Shown piece by piece: positions 51,528 to 64,000 of a DNA stretch of 64,000 nt. Each line of letters begins with the position of its first letter. Position 1 is the stretch's first letter. The notes beneath the pieces are model-generated. The model searched no databases and was not told the DNA's origin. It worked only from the letters and a program-made list of their open reading frames with translations. The position numbers and the translations under genes are program-made. Location: contig BFEA01000004.1 in NCBI GenBank assembly GCA_003427395.1, positions 8,517,688 through 8,581,687 on the forward strand, in the 5' to 3' direction. This DNA is from Chara braunii (taxonomy: Eukaryota; Plantae; Charophyceae).

Positions 51528-51690
51528 CGTCAAATAGAACTGCCCGGTAAACCGTAGGCAGAGAGGGAGAAGAGGATATATGTATATATATCGTCACAAA
51601 CAGAACTGCCCGGTAAACCGTAGGCAGAGAGAGAGAAGAGGACAACAAACGAGGGGTATATATATCATCAAAAAGAGCTGCCGGGTATAT
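51505..51690. repeat. ~63-bp tandem repeat interleaved with (TA)n
   Basis: atatcgtca..agaactgcccggtaaaccgtaggcagagag x2 plus a partial third copy. Confidence 0.8.
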
Positions 51691-52028
51691 TTTTTTCTTT
51701 CTTTTTTTTCTGCGTCCATTCTTTGAAAGCAACCGCCATGATNNNNNNNNNNNNNNNNNNNNNNNNNNNNNNNNNNNNNNNNNNNNNNNNNNNNNNNNNN
51801 NNNNNNNNNNNNNNNNNNNNNNNNNNNNNNNNNNNNNNNNNNNNNNNNNNNNNNNNNNNNNNNNNNNNNNNNNNNNNNNNNNNNNNNNNNNNNNNNNNNN
51901 NNNNNNNNNNNNNNNNNNNNNNNNNNNNNNNNNNNNNNNNNNNNNNNNNNNNNNNNNNNNNNNNNNNNNNNNNNNNNNNGCAAAAAAAAAAACAAAAAAA
52001 ACAAAAAAAACAAAAAAAACAGATACCA

Positions 52029-55000
52029 ATGCAGAACCCCGCAAGGAGCAGAAACGGGCAGGAACGCCCACCAAGGATAGACTGGTACGCTAAGGGTCTC
52101 CAGGTAGTAAGCTGGAACGTCAACGGCTTGGGCAACATACTAACTGAGGAAGACAAGCTAAGGGATATCCGAACAAGCCTGGTGAGTAAAGACCTCCCCA
52201 GACCCGACCTCATACTTCTCCAAGAGACCCACTTGTCCAATCTGCACAACCACCAGAAGATACAACAAAAAATGGAGAGAATGTTAGGAGGTTGTGCTTT
52301 CGCACTGTGGACCAACAAAGAAGGCCAGAGCAATAAAGGGACGGCAATACTCATCCCGAAAACGTCCAAAATCCTAACTGAGGGACANATCCTAAACAGC
52401 GAAGGGGACAGCGAGGGAGGAAGATGGTCATGGGTGGACATCAAATGGCAAGAAGAAGACATGAGAATAATCAACATGTATGCACCTAACGCGGAATCCG
52501 ACAGACTGACTTTCTTTGAGAGTATCAAAACTCTAATCCCAAAACCACAGCCCGTTGTCATCGCAGGGGACTGGAACACCACCCTGGACCCAAACCTGGA
52601 CCGGATATCAAGAGCAGCACTAATGGGACCCACTAGAGCAGGTACCCAGATCCGGAATCTGATGACCAAGTTTGAACTCATCGACCCCCTCAGATCACTG
52701 TACCCAGCCAAAAAAGTTTTCTCCCGGATAAGGAAAAATCAAGCCAACCGGACATCCCTGTCCAGGATAGACTTTTTCCTCATCTCCGAGAGCCTACTCG
52801 GCACAGTCAAAGAGGCCAAAATCCTTCCATCAACAGCGTTCAAGGGGCTAGACCACAAGCCCATCCAACTGCTGCTCAACTTCAATGCACCAGTGGAAAC
52901 AGGCCAGGGGTTTTTCAGACTGAACAACTCCCTCCTAAAAACCGGAAGAATGGCTGAGGCAGTCAAAGAAAACTGGGCCCTCAACAAACAACGGGAATCC
53001 AAACAGACGAATAGCCATCAATGGTTCATTGATAGTTATGCAGACCTAACACAGACGGTATCAGCGGAATCCCGAGAAACCGCTAGAGACCGCAAGAAGA
53101 GAAGGGAAGAACTCCAACTTGCAATAGCTGTCGCAGAAGCAAATCTGGCAGAAGACCCCTCCAACAGATTTTATCAAGAACTACTCGACGACACCAAAGA
53201 GGAACTGAATGAGTGGAGAAGATGGGAACTGAGAGGTCTGCAGACCAGAGCGAGGATGACGGACTACACACTTAATGAATCCATGACAAAATTCTTCTTC
53301 GCCAAAATAAAAGCGAACGCAAGGAACAATATGATAGAAGTTCTCCAGGATCCAACAGATCCCGGGAACATTAAAACAACAGGCCCAGAGATGGTAAGGA
53401 TAGCAAGATCTTTCTACGCAGAATTATACGAATCTAAGACACCATCACCCCCGACCACAGCGAACACAGCAGCTCGACAGCTAATGCTCTCATATCTCGA
53501 CAAGACAATCTCGACTAGTCAGGCGAAAGACCTAGACGAACCCCTGACCCTGGCGGAACTACACACAACTCTGACTCAGATGGGAAATGACAAAGCTCCG
53601 GGCATAGACGGGCTCTCCAAAGAGTTTTGGAGTTGCTTTTGGCCGACCCTGGGAGAAGACCTGCTAGACTTCTTCAACGAAAGCTTGCGCAGAGGAGGCC
53701 TAGGAAAAGAACTGAGTACCAGTGTGGTCTCACTGCTGTACAAGAAGGGAAACAAAGAAGACTTGAAGAATTACAGTCCCATTTCCCTCTTAACCACGCC
53801 CTACAAAATCCTAGCCAAGGCACTCGCGAACATAATTACAAAGCTAACAAACAGCTGCTTTCACATAGATCAAGCAGGCTTCATCCCAGGAAGGTACATC
53901 CTAGACAATGTAATGACCCTGAACGAGGCAGCAAAAAAAATCACAGAAAACCGAATAAAAGCTGCAATCTTATTCTTCGATTTCGAGAAAGCCTACGACC
54001 ATGTCAATTGGGATTTCCTCCACTTATGCATGGAAAAAATGGGGGTAGGCCCGTACTTCAGGAGTTGGGTCAGAATACTGTATGCCGACGCAACAGGCAG
54101 AGTCCAGGTCAACAGAATCCTATCCGACACCTACCCCATCTCGCGATCAGTCAGACAAGGCGACACACTGGCTCCTCCCATATTCCTTTTCATCATGGAA
54201 GCCATAGCCTCCTTCCTCCGTAAAGACCCATCCATCGATCGCCTCACTGAATGGAATTCCAACCCGTTACACGAATTCGCCCTTCCCACTGCACTCATGT
54301 TTGCCGACGACCTCACTGTCTTGATTCGCGCCAACAACAACTCCTTCCAAGCCCTAGTAAGGGCAATGGAAGCCTTCAGACTAGCCTCAGAAATGAGGGT
54401 CAACTGGAACAAAACCGAAGGTTGGTGGCTAGCGGAGGGCACCCCCCCTCAACCATCAGACATAACCACACCGATGACATGGACCACGGGAGAGCAAGCA
54501 TTAAGGTTTCTAGGCATCATGATCAACAAGGAAGGGGTATGGTCAGGAATGGGCCAAAATCTAATTGCTAGGACAATCACCCGCCTGGCCCAATGCAAGA
54601 GCGCACAGGCCTCTCTAATCGGACGGGCGTTACTAATTAACACAACTATCTTCTCCACACTGTGGTATATGGCTTCCATCTGGTCCCCCCCTGACGACGA
54701 CATCAAAAAATTGAAGAGCAGGGTGAGATGTTATTTGTGGACAGGCGATCCTAACAGGACCACCTGTATAAACAGGGTGGCGTGGAACCACATCACTAGA
54801 AAACCACAGGAAGGGGTCCTCGGGATCATCGACCCCAAACAGGAATCCATAGCATTGCAGATAAAATGGATCCTCAAGATCTTGACTAGACAATTCCCGC
54901 CGTGGACCCAGATGGCGCTTGACAGCATCAGAAACCTAGCCCCCATCAACTCCCCCCCGAACATGAACGGTCTGTTTTGGCTCATGGCAAAGGGCTGGAC

Positions 55001-56766
55001 AATAAAATNGGGCAGACCACGCAGGAAAAACCCCGCACANCCTAGCACAAACCCCACTCCAGCAGCCAGNCCATACTGGACCCCCACCATCAAAGCCTGG
55101 CGGAGAATGATGCCAAACAAACACGGGGCACCGGAAAACAGAGAAGAAGTCCTGAGACAACCTCTTTTCTGCAACACGTGGATCACCGACCCCAGCGGAG
55201 AGGAATGGACCCTACGCTCCAAGGACCGCAGGTGGCTCTCCTGGGTAGAAAGAGGCGTGTGGCAAGTCAGACACATCTGGGAAGAAGACCAAGGATGATG
55301 GGCTACTGACCAAGAACTACGCAATGTCCTAAGAGGCTGTCATACCCTCTCTGACAACCTTAAGCAGATACAAAATAGCATCCCAACACGCTGGCTCCCC
55401 CTCCTAAGTGAGAACTTCTCATGGAAAGCGGGGGACTGGGTACTGATAGCCCAAACTCAGCCTACCAGAGCATACAGATTCATCGCTAAGACCAACCCAT
55501 CCGGTTATCTATCTAAGTTCTTCTCCTACCCAGTAGCCAAGCACATCACCAATGAGTTGGAAATCCAGAACAGAGACCCCCAGTGCGAGACACTAGACAC
55601 ATTTCGGCTGAGGAAAGTGAGAGTATCAAAGAACAAACCCTGGATACTCTTCAGACCGGACCTCAGCATCTCTGAGCTAGAGCTCGATCCGAAGGAATGG
55701 GCTTGGAAACAGGACAAAACAGGGAGAACGAGAAGAATAGATGAATACGACGTCAAATTCGGTTATGAGTTGGGCCTACAAACCACAGACCCGGATCCCA
55801 GACTCAAAGAAAAATGGAGGGAAATTCTGAGCTTAGACCCTTCGGTCCCCGTGTCCATCCCGTGGTCGAAGTTCCTATCCATTAGACCAGTTAGGATCCG
55901 AAGTATGCAATGGCTCATAGCCCACTAACCAATGGCTCCACAAGAGGAGGAAGCACAGAGACCCCAACAGCACCGACCTGTGCAAACTCTGCTCTGTTAA
56001 CATCCCCGAAGACATACCCCACTGCCTAATGTACTGCTCGGAAGCAAAGTGGATCTGGAACAAAGTGTGCAACCTGTGGCACAACCTCTTCTCGTCACCC
56101 CCCCCGCCCACGACCCCCCTCAACATCTTGCTCTTATCAATCAACACTAACAACCTTAAAGGTGGAAAGGAGGTCTGGTACCATCTTCTCAGAAAGTTGG
56201 CTCTGTGGGTGATTTGGAAGAGGAGATGCACCAAGACAATCGAAGAAACTGAGGTCCCAAGAGAAGAAATGTGGGCTCTACTACTGAAAATGGCGGAAAC
56301 ATAGATTCGAGTCAGATGGAGGGATGTGTCGGTGAGCACGAAAGGCAGACCAGAAAGGATAGCCGCAAGGAGACGATTTTTTATAAGAGACTGGCTTTTA
56401 CAAGGGAAGATCGCCAATGTGGTGGACAATAGATTGATTTGGAAGAAGTGGTACACCACAGGGACAGGGATGTAGAGGAAAACGAACTGAGATTGTAACC
56501 CCAACAGCAATATCTCTCCGCTTTTCTTGGTAAATACGGAATATCTGACAGAGACATAGGAGACTCTGAGAGGAAAAGGGGTAGGGCAAGCTGACAGTCA
56601 ATCCTCCTTACAAGGAGCAATCAATGCTGGTCAGGGTTCCTTCGGCCAGACGGAAGGAAGCGTGAGGGTGTTCACCATGTACTCCAGTTTTCGACTTGCC
56701 GGTGGAAAGGAACCGGACTGACGCTCCCCAGAATGGATAAGGAGCCAGGAAAATAAGGACCTGTTC

Positions 56767-56797
<31 letters not shown>
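52029..56797 (+). mobile_element. L1/Tx1-like LINE copy C: almost intact ORF2 (APE-RT-zf), 3' UTR and A27 tail
   Basis: SWNVNGL, LQETH, NMYAPN, GDWN, SRIDFF, DHKPI; KAPGIDG, DFEKAYD, VRQGD, FADD; open from 52029 to TGA at 55296, frame continues with lesions to ~56475; poly(A) 56771-56797. Confidence 0.96.
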
Positions 56798-56799
<2 letters not shown>

Positions 56800-57924
56800 G
56801 TCGGTAAAACAGGATCGGAGGTAGTGGTGGTTTAACCCAAGACACAGATGTGTCCCTTCTATTCTGGGGGCCGACAGTCCGGTTGCTTATCACCGGCAAG
56901 CATGAAGAGATGTCGCAAACCAAGAAGAGCAGCAGCGCTACCCTGGCACTATCTACCACTGGCAGTGAGCTGTTGTTACTCCTTAGACGGTGACAGGCGG
57001 GCTTTCGTTCGCCTGGACCCCTCTAGCCGAGAGAGACACTCTACGTACCCAGGCGCTCAGGGGCTTCCAGGTGACGATGATCCACTCCCTCCATGCTGAA
57101 TACCGCTCACTTAGTACCAATTACGACAACCTTTCTATTGCATCTTCAGCTTTAGCAGGTCTAAAGTTCTCTAAACTTAAGTTAATGACTTGCCAATTAA
57201 CAGTTCTGGGTGCTTACAATGCGGCGAACAGCAAGGCACTCAACAACAGTCTCCTCAGCATCCTAACGATCGCAAGCAGTCTCAGAGTCCAGCAGCGCCT
57301 GCCTGTTTCTTTTTATTCTATACTATCTTTAGTAGTTTAGCATAAACCTGGATGCTTTCTTGATTCAACCACCAACCCGCACTCGGGTTTTCGGAGGCTC
57401 CTGTAGCAGACTGTGGTTGGAACCAGGCATAGTTGAATGATGATACTATGGCATGGCAGAGCCAAACACCGGTCATCGAACTGGTGAGAACTTTTGAAAG
57501 CAAACTGAGGGGAACTCTTTGGATATCGTCCAACACAGAGGAATATACGAGAAGAAAACGGAGAAGTCAAAGAGAAGAGAAAAAAGGAGCACGAAAAGGA
57601 AAGAATAATGAAAGAAGATGCAAGAAGGAAAGAAGGAAGAGGAGAGGGGAGGAAAGGAAAAGGTGCAGAAAAAAGTACAGGGTGAGTGAACTTGGAATGC
57701 CCATACCGAAGAATACTTAACCTGGGGTTCCGCCAGACCTGCCTGCAGCCAGATTAGAACAGAATCAACATATTGAAAAACAAGGCACCTGGCAAAAGAT
57801 GCAAAAGGACTGGTTGGTTAAGGGCTCTATGTGAGTGCAGTACAGAATCATGTGGTGGGGTTTTAAAAGATATCTTTTCTCAAGCAAACGACTGAGTAGT
57901 TCTTACGGATACAGACAAACTCAC

Positions 57925-60900
57925 CATGTACCCATATGGTGGGTCCCCACAAGTGCATCCGGCAGCATTATCTTTTGAGACAACAGGGTGCTGTGTAATT
58001 GCCATCTGAGGTGGAGCAGCAGGCAACACAGCAACCTGATGTAACGGAGCTCCCATCCTCCTTTTGGACTTAGGAGGAACCTCATGAGCCAAGCCATACG
58101 GTGCACGCTTGAGGGTATCTTCCTTCCTTTGTAACTCTCTAGCCAGGGGTGTGACCCATGCTCTTTGTCGCATCTGATCATCCTTGTCGTCACCAGAGGC
58201 CTGCACTGAGATCAAGTCACTGGCCAAACTTGGATTACTGCATGACTGCCCTGCAGAAAGTAAGTGATCAGTCATGTCAAGCTTGCCTTCTGGCAAATGC
58301 CCAACACAGCCAGGGGTTGCTGTGTCTTTATTTCCTGTGTTTCGAACGATTCGAAATCTCAGCAAGGGCCTTGTGCTTTGCCTTGCACCTCCTGACAGGT
58401 AGCTTATTCGTCTCATTTGCGTTTCACTCTCTTCTTGCAGTCGATAACCCGCAATTGGGGTTGCTGGCTCAGAATGTTGAAAGGCGGCCCTTGATCCAAG
58501 TGCTGTAATCTGGGAAGTGGGATTGACACAGGACACTGGAAGGAGACAAACTGGGCCTTGCCGAAGTGGACCTGCCGGGTGATCTGAGAAGTTCAAAGTT
58601 CTGGCACTGTCGATGCCATGTCTGCTGACATCCATGGAGGATGACTGGATCCTGTTGTCCGCATCTAACACAGGCTTAGGCGGAATGAGACGACCTTGTG
58701 GTTGCAGCACAACAGCAGCTTGGTCCGAGTGGAATGACATCCCGTTGAGGTAAGTGGTGTGTGGGAGGCCTGCACATGTTGTGGTCACACTGCGTGATTT
58801 GCTGTCATTTCCTCCAGTGATTTCAGCATGCGATGATATTTGAAGTGCGCATTGTGCTGCTGACTTTGAACTTTGGGCTGTAGGTTCTTGCAGACGCGAC
58901 GAAGGTGGAGCATTGTCTGCATCGGTAAAGAACACTCTCGCTGTGTCAGCTCCAAGGTTCAACGACAAAGGTGTTGAAATTCCCATGGATTCTGTCGACG
59001 GTACTGCCACTGTTGATATCGAAATCCCTATGGACTCTGTCGACGGTACTGCCGCTCTTGATTTGGTTGGTAGTACTGTTATCCCCTGGTCTGTGGATAG
59101 CGGACCCATCTCAACAGAAGGAAGCATCCGTACATCTGGAATGCCATCCTCATTGACGACAGGCAATTCTCTCCCTTCAGAGTAAGCAGAAGAAGAGGAG
59201 CTTTTCTCTTTTCCACCTGGCTTTCGGAACCCAGAGGAAGTGTTTACCGTGGTTAACACCCCACCCTGTTCCTCACAACTATTCTTATCCTTGGCATGAT
59301 CATCATTGTTGCCCTTCTTAACTTGGGTGTATTCCGGCATTCTGAAGGTAGCAGATTCCTTCTCTGCCTGGACTTGGTTGTTCAGATCACCTGCATGACC
59401 ATCCTCCTCTGTTCCCAAAGGCCCGTACGTCGGTGCAATCACTGTAGCTTTTCCTCCTTCAATAATAATCTCGTTGCCACAGTTATTGCCCAGTAAAATG
59501 GCTTCATGATTGGATTTTCCACCGGTCAGGAAAATCTTTGAGCTGTCCTCTGCTGTTCCTTCATGCACATGTACATTGTTGTTCTGGATCGACCTCGTTA
59601 ATGTGGTTGTTGTGTCGTTTTGGGTAGTACCACCACGTTGGTCATCAATATCTGGCTGTGCGAGCAAATCTTCTCCTTCCTGACTCTTCCCCTTGGAACC
59701 TACTTTCTCGATCTCCTCCCCTTTGCCTGATCTATCTGACAGTGTGTTCTCTGTTGAATGATCCTTTGATAATAGCTGACCTTCTGTGACATCTGATGCT
59801 TCCATTAAAACTTTATTGCAGCGTGTTGAGGCACACATGGTCTGTTCGGAATTACACCCCGATGGCCGCTCTTCCTCATCCATTTCGTGCCGTAATTCAC
59901 TCTCCCTGGCAGTTCCATCATCGGATGGAGCCTTTATTCCCTCAGTGTTTTCCAAATGATGAACCTGACTGTCACTATCTTCAACCTCGGGGTCAGAGCC
60001 CTGCACTTGTGCTTCCGCTTGATGCAGTCTTTCTCCAGCTACAAACACCTCTGAATCATGGTCCCTCCTAATCGCAGCACCCATTACACCCTCCCCAGCA
60101 GCTCCCCATGCTCCTCTCGTCGGCATGGTGTCCCTAGTGTTTGATGTTGGTGACTGCTTCATCAATAGTGGATCATGCACGTGCTTATGGTCAGCAACGC
60201 CCTCCTGCTTGTGTGCATTCCAGCCTTCCTTTTGCTGTTGCTCAAGGCTCTGATGTCCTTCGTCTGGCTCGTGCTCTTGCTGATGCTCAAATAGCTTGTT
60301 ACTCTCCAAATTGCCAATGCATCTCCTTTTGCACGGATGGTCAGCATCATCGAACCCAAGACATACCGGAGCACTTGCCACTCTCTTGATGCTGCATGGA
60401 AGCTCATTCGAGTGCATTCTTGGGACGGACAACTCCAATTGTGCACTGCATCTTTCCTCAGTCAGGAAGCCTTTCTCCTCGTTCCTTCCTTCACCAGCTT
60501 CTGAATTCGTCAGAAATTCCTCCCCCATGGGCTGGAAGGTTGTGGTCAGCTGCTGCTGCTGCTGCTGCTGGTGAATTACACAAGCCACTGGAAGGTCCGC
60601 TTGTTTTTTGTTGGCACCCTCGAGAGCTGGTGCAGCTGGTATTGTGACATTCACTCCGTTAACAGATTCCTCAGCCTCTTCCACATGCTTCGGCGATGAT
60701 GCGCCTGGAAAATGAGTGTGCTGTGGGGCATTAGAGATATCAGGGAAAGCTCCTGGAGATGTATCTGATCCTTCTTCAGTGGTGTTTGTGAGAGGAGCAG
60801 GGCATCCAAGCTGACATGTCAGAGGGTTAACTGATTGCAAATCATGGTTGCTTCTGTTTGATGATAGATCTTTCTTATCCTTGTTCTTCCCATTTGTTTC

Positions 60901-62516
60901 AGGCCAGTCTCCAGCTTGCGACAGGTTGGAGTCCAGAACGTCCTTCGTTGCTCGCTGTCTCCCCGTATCCAGGTCAGCTGTGACTGCCTCTTTGCTGTTT
61001 GACATCACCTCAGGCTTAGGTTTATGGCGAGGGCTACACTGGGCTGTCTGGGCCGTGTGTTCCGACTCGGCGCATGGAGCTGCCAGGTTATGGTGCAGAC
61101 CGAAGGACAATTTCCTATACATGGATTCTTGCAGATCAGCATCGTTAACATCGAAGTCCGAACCCCCATCATCGCTCTGATTGTTGAACATAAACATTCT
61201 ACCCTTTCGTACAGACGGTTCGCCAGAAGCATCTGAAATTTGCAGCTCAGCATTTCCTTTTGCTGGGGAGCTCACAACCAAGTCTTGACCTCTTGAAAGG
61301 CCGACGGTCGACTTCCTATCACCTTTCAGTGATCCCATGCTCTGGGCTGGCGCATTGATTGAATGCTGCGGGTGACTGTCTTCAGTGTCCCGGTTGGGCA
61401 ACGCATGGCTTGCTGCATCAACATTTCCCTCAGGTCGGTCCACTGTGACCTCGCCGGGTGTAACAGCATCTGTTGGTGCTTCTGATCCTCGTTCCTGGCA
61501 AGCATTTCCTGTTTGAATCTCTTTCTCACTTGCAAGGGAAGTCACATCCAACACTGAAACAATTGAGACTCCAGAAGAAGAGTGATACTCCTTTCTTTGT
61601 CCCACAGACACACTGTCACATGAAATCCCAACCACCGGATGCACGCCAGGGACGATGTCCAAGCTTGGCGCTCCAGACGTCACAAAACCTGCTGAGATGA
61701 CCCTGGAGTTCGGAAACGAAGACAGATCAGGAAAAACTGCACCTACTGTTTTCAAGGGCGCAGTCTCTTCTACAGTAGTCAGATTCAACTGACACTTTTC
61801 TGCTGTTGCGGAGGGTTCTTCCAACTGTTGACCGACATGATCAGAGACTTTGCGACCAGGATTCGCATCTGTCTGCATATTACACCCTTCCGTTTCTTCC
61901 GAGGCGATTTCCACTTGGCCAACATTGCTAATTCCGTCCAGTGCACCATGTACTTGCAAATCGTTTGCTTCAACTTGTATATCCTTCGTCTTTATTCTGA
62001 TCTGTGTATCACTAACATTCTTCTTCTCTATAGTTGAGCAACATTGTCCAGGGACTGTTTGGGCCTCACAGGCTACGGGGCAGGATTCACAAGGTCTTTC
62101 ATATGGGCCAATGTGCTCATGTTTGGGGTTCACGACCCTGTCTTCCAATTCACACTTGGAGACGTTCACCACCCTGTCTTCCAGTTCACACCAGGAGATG
62201 TTCACCACCCTGTTATCCAATTCACACGTAGAGAAGTTATTTGCTGCAATTTGAACTTTTTCCTCGGCTTTGCAATCAGTTTCTCTGCATTCCCCTATGG
62301 AGGTAGTCACATTCAAACTGACGTCCGGTGCAGAATCACAGCCGAGGACTTCCTCATGCCGCCTGTCCTTGTTGCCATGCTCCTGGATGCGAAGATCCTC
62401 TACAGCTATACCCCCTTGCACAATACCACCTGCATCATCGCTTTTGGTTTCCTTGATATTGTCTTGCTTTTCATCATGTTCCTTCCTGAGCGTTCCCTTG
62501 AGATTTATATTGGTGC
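57925..62516 (-). CDS. Very large internal coding exon (~4.6 kb) of an unidentified host gene; low-complexity, probably disordered protein region
   Basis: 1551-codon open frame with no TE motif; acceptor gaacAG|GCA at 62517 and donor ATG|GTGAGT at 57924, each just inside the ORF end; S/E/D/Q/A-rich with polyQ. Confidence 0.8.
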
Positions 62517-62865
62517 CTGTTCGATCACAGTACATGAAGTTGGGCAGTCATGGTGCAAAGTTTTTCATTAACGGAGGGCCGGAAATTTGCTGGTTTCGCC
62601 ATCAGGTTCGGTGCAAAATTCAGTAAAAATTTCAAAAATAAACTATATCGGCCCATACTGCAAACATAAAAAAAAAAAAAAAAAAACTGGCCAAAGATAC
62701 CGAAAAAGAGAACACAAAAACACTACAAAAACCTAACATAAAAAGTTAAAAACACTCTCTGAGTTAAAATGAAGCGTTCAACGAATCCAACAAAATGCCT
62801 TTCATTAATGATCCGATCATGTCAAAACTGGACACATGACATACCCTAAAGCACCTACATATCAC

Positions 62866-62907
<42 letters not shown>

Positions 62908-63893
62908 TATGACAGTTTCAGTGCAAAATTCGGCCAAAAAAACACCCCCGGTTAACCACGTCTCATGAGGGCAGGTACATCCTTCAGAGAGGAAGNNNNN
63001 NNNNNNNNNNNNNNNNNNNNNNNNNNNNNNNNNNNNNNNNNNNNNNNNNNNNNNNNNNNNNNNNNNNNNNNNNNNNNNNNNNNNNNNNNNNNNNNNNNNN
63101 NNNNNNNNNNNNNNNNNNNNNNNNNNNNNNNNNNNNNNNNNNNNNNNNNNNNNNNNNNNNNNNNNNNNNNNNNNNNNNNNNNNNNNNNNNNNNNNNNNNN
63201 NNNNNNNNNNNNNNNNNNNNNNNNNNNNNNNNNNNNNNNNNNNNNNNNNNNNNNNNNNNNNNNNNNNNNNNNNNNNNNNNNNNNNNNNNNNNNNNNNNNN
63301 NNNNNNNNNNNNNNNNNNNNNNNNNNNNNNNNNNNNNNNNNNNNNNNNNNNNNNNNNNNNNNNNNNNNNNNNNNNNNNNNNNNNNNNNNNNNNNNNNNNN
63401 NNNNNNNNNNNNNNNNNNNNNNNNNNNNNNNNNNNTTTTTTTTTTTTTTTTTTTTTCCGAAACAGAAAACGTTTTAGTGCCATAGCTTTTGGAAAAGTCG
63501 AAGTTATCGGGTCAAAAGTTGGTCATATAGCCACTCTAGAGGCGGTAGGGAGTCCTTAGGTCGATAGGCCTTGGGGCAAACATCAAAAGATGTGCCCAGC
63601 GCTTCCAGAGGAAAATGCAGCCCCTGGGAAAGTCAATACAGGGTCCAGAGACACACTGGTCGCAAGCAAATCTTGGCCATACAAATCACAGGAAATGTCA
63701 GCCTACCGGGAGCCAACAGGAGGCAGGCCATAACGAGTCGACACTACAAAAACTCGGCCAGCACCCGGAAATTTCAGTTTGTGATTCTGCAGGGCATTAC
63801 AATATAATAATAATAGTCTCTCCACAGGTCCCATTGTCACTGAATTAATGCCAAGTCTGAACCTGGGGGCATAGCCTCCCTGAACTAGTCGCT

Positions 63894-63895
<2 letters not shown>

Positions 63896-63955
<60 letters not shown>
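63896..63955. repeat. (TC)n microsatellite
   Basis: Direct reading. Confidence 0.95.
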
Positions 63956-63957
<2 letters not shown>

Positions 63958-64000
63958 CACATTGCCGCTGTAAACCATCTCCCTCTCTCCAGTTCACGTC

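Noticed and set aside
55296-55298. In-frame TGA in LINE C as possible selenocysteine or readthrough
   Set aside because: Copy B has Arg-Trp here; best explained by CGA>TGA decay, and other lesions follow
62567-62955. Possible second TTAA-flanked element
   Set aside because: Terminal inverted similarity (cggaggg versus ccggggg) is too short and imperfect

Overview
Eukaryotic nuclear DNA from a draft assembly with many N gaps, dominated by nested, decayed transposable elements. It is not prokaryotic: there are no operons and no CRISPR. A divergent plastid matK fragment, plant-type mitochondrial cox1/nad3/tRNA fragments, TTTAGGG motifs and the TE spectrum point to a streptophyte, most plausibly a charophyte alga such as Chara (inference). 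Contents: (1) A degraded chromodomain-bearing Ty3/gypsy element (~2.4-10.5 kb), interrupted by a fold-back MITE and by a 5'-truncated Penelope-like element. The Penelope-like element has the Naiad/Chlamys CxC..GH motif, no C-terminal GIY-YIG, and degenerate hammerhead-like cores in its 3' region. (2) Several non-autonomous DNA transposons, one with a TTAA/TA target. (3) Three mosaic organelle-DNA islands, one joining plastid matK, mitochondrial cox1 and a group II intron maturase piece. (4) A cluster of at least five L1/Tx1-like LINE copies, one near full length with an internal inversion. (5) A tRNA-derived SINE. (6) A 4.6-kb coding exon of an unidentified host gene on the minus strand. The most novel-looking signal is a ~190-nt multi-hairpin RNA structure with compensatory changes at the LINE 3' ends, which also occurs as a stand-alone TSD-flanked retroposed unit. 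All calls come from reading the sequence and ORF track by eye; no database searches or folding computations were run.
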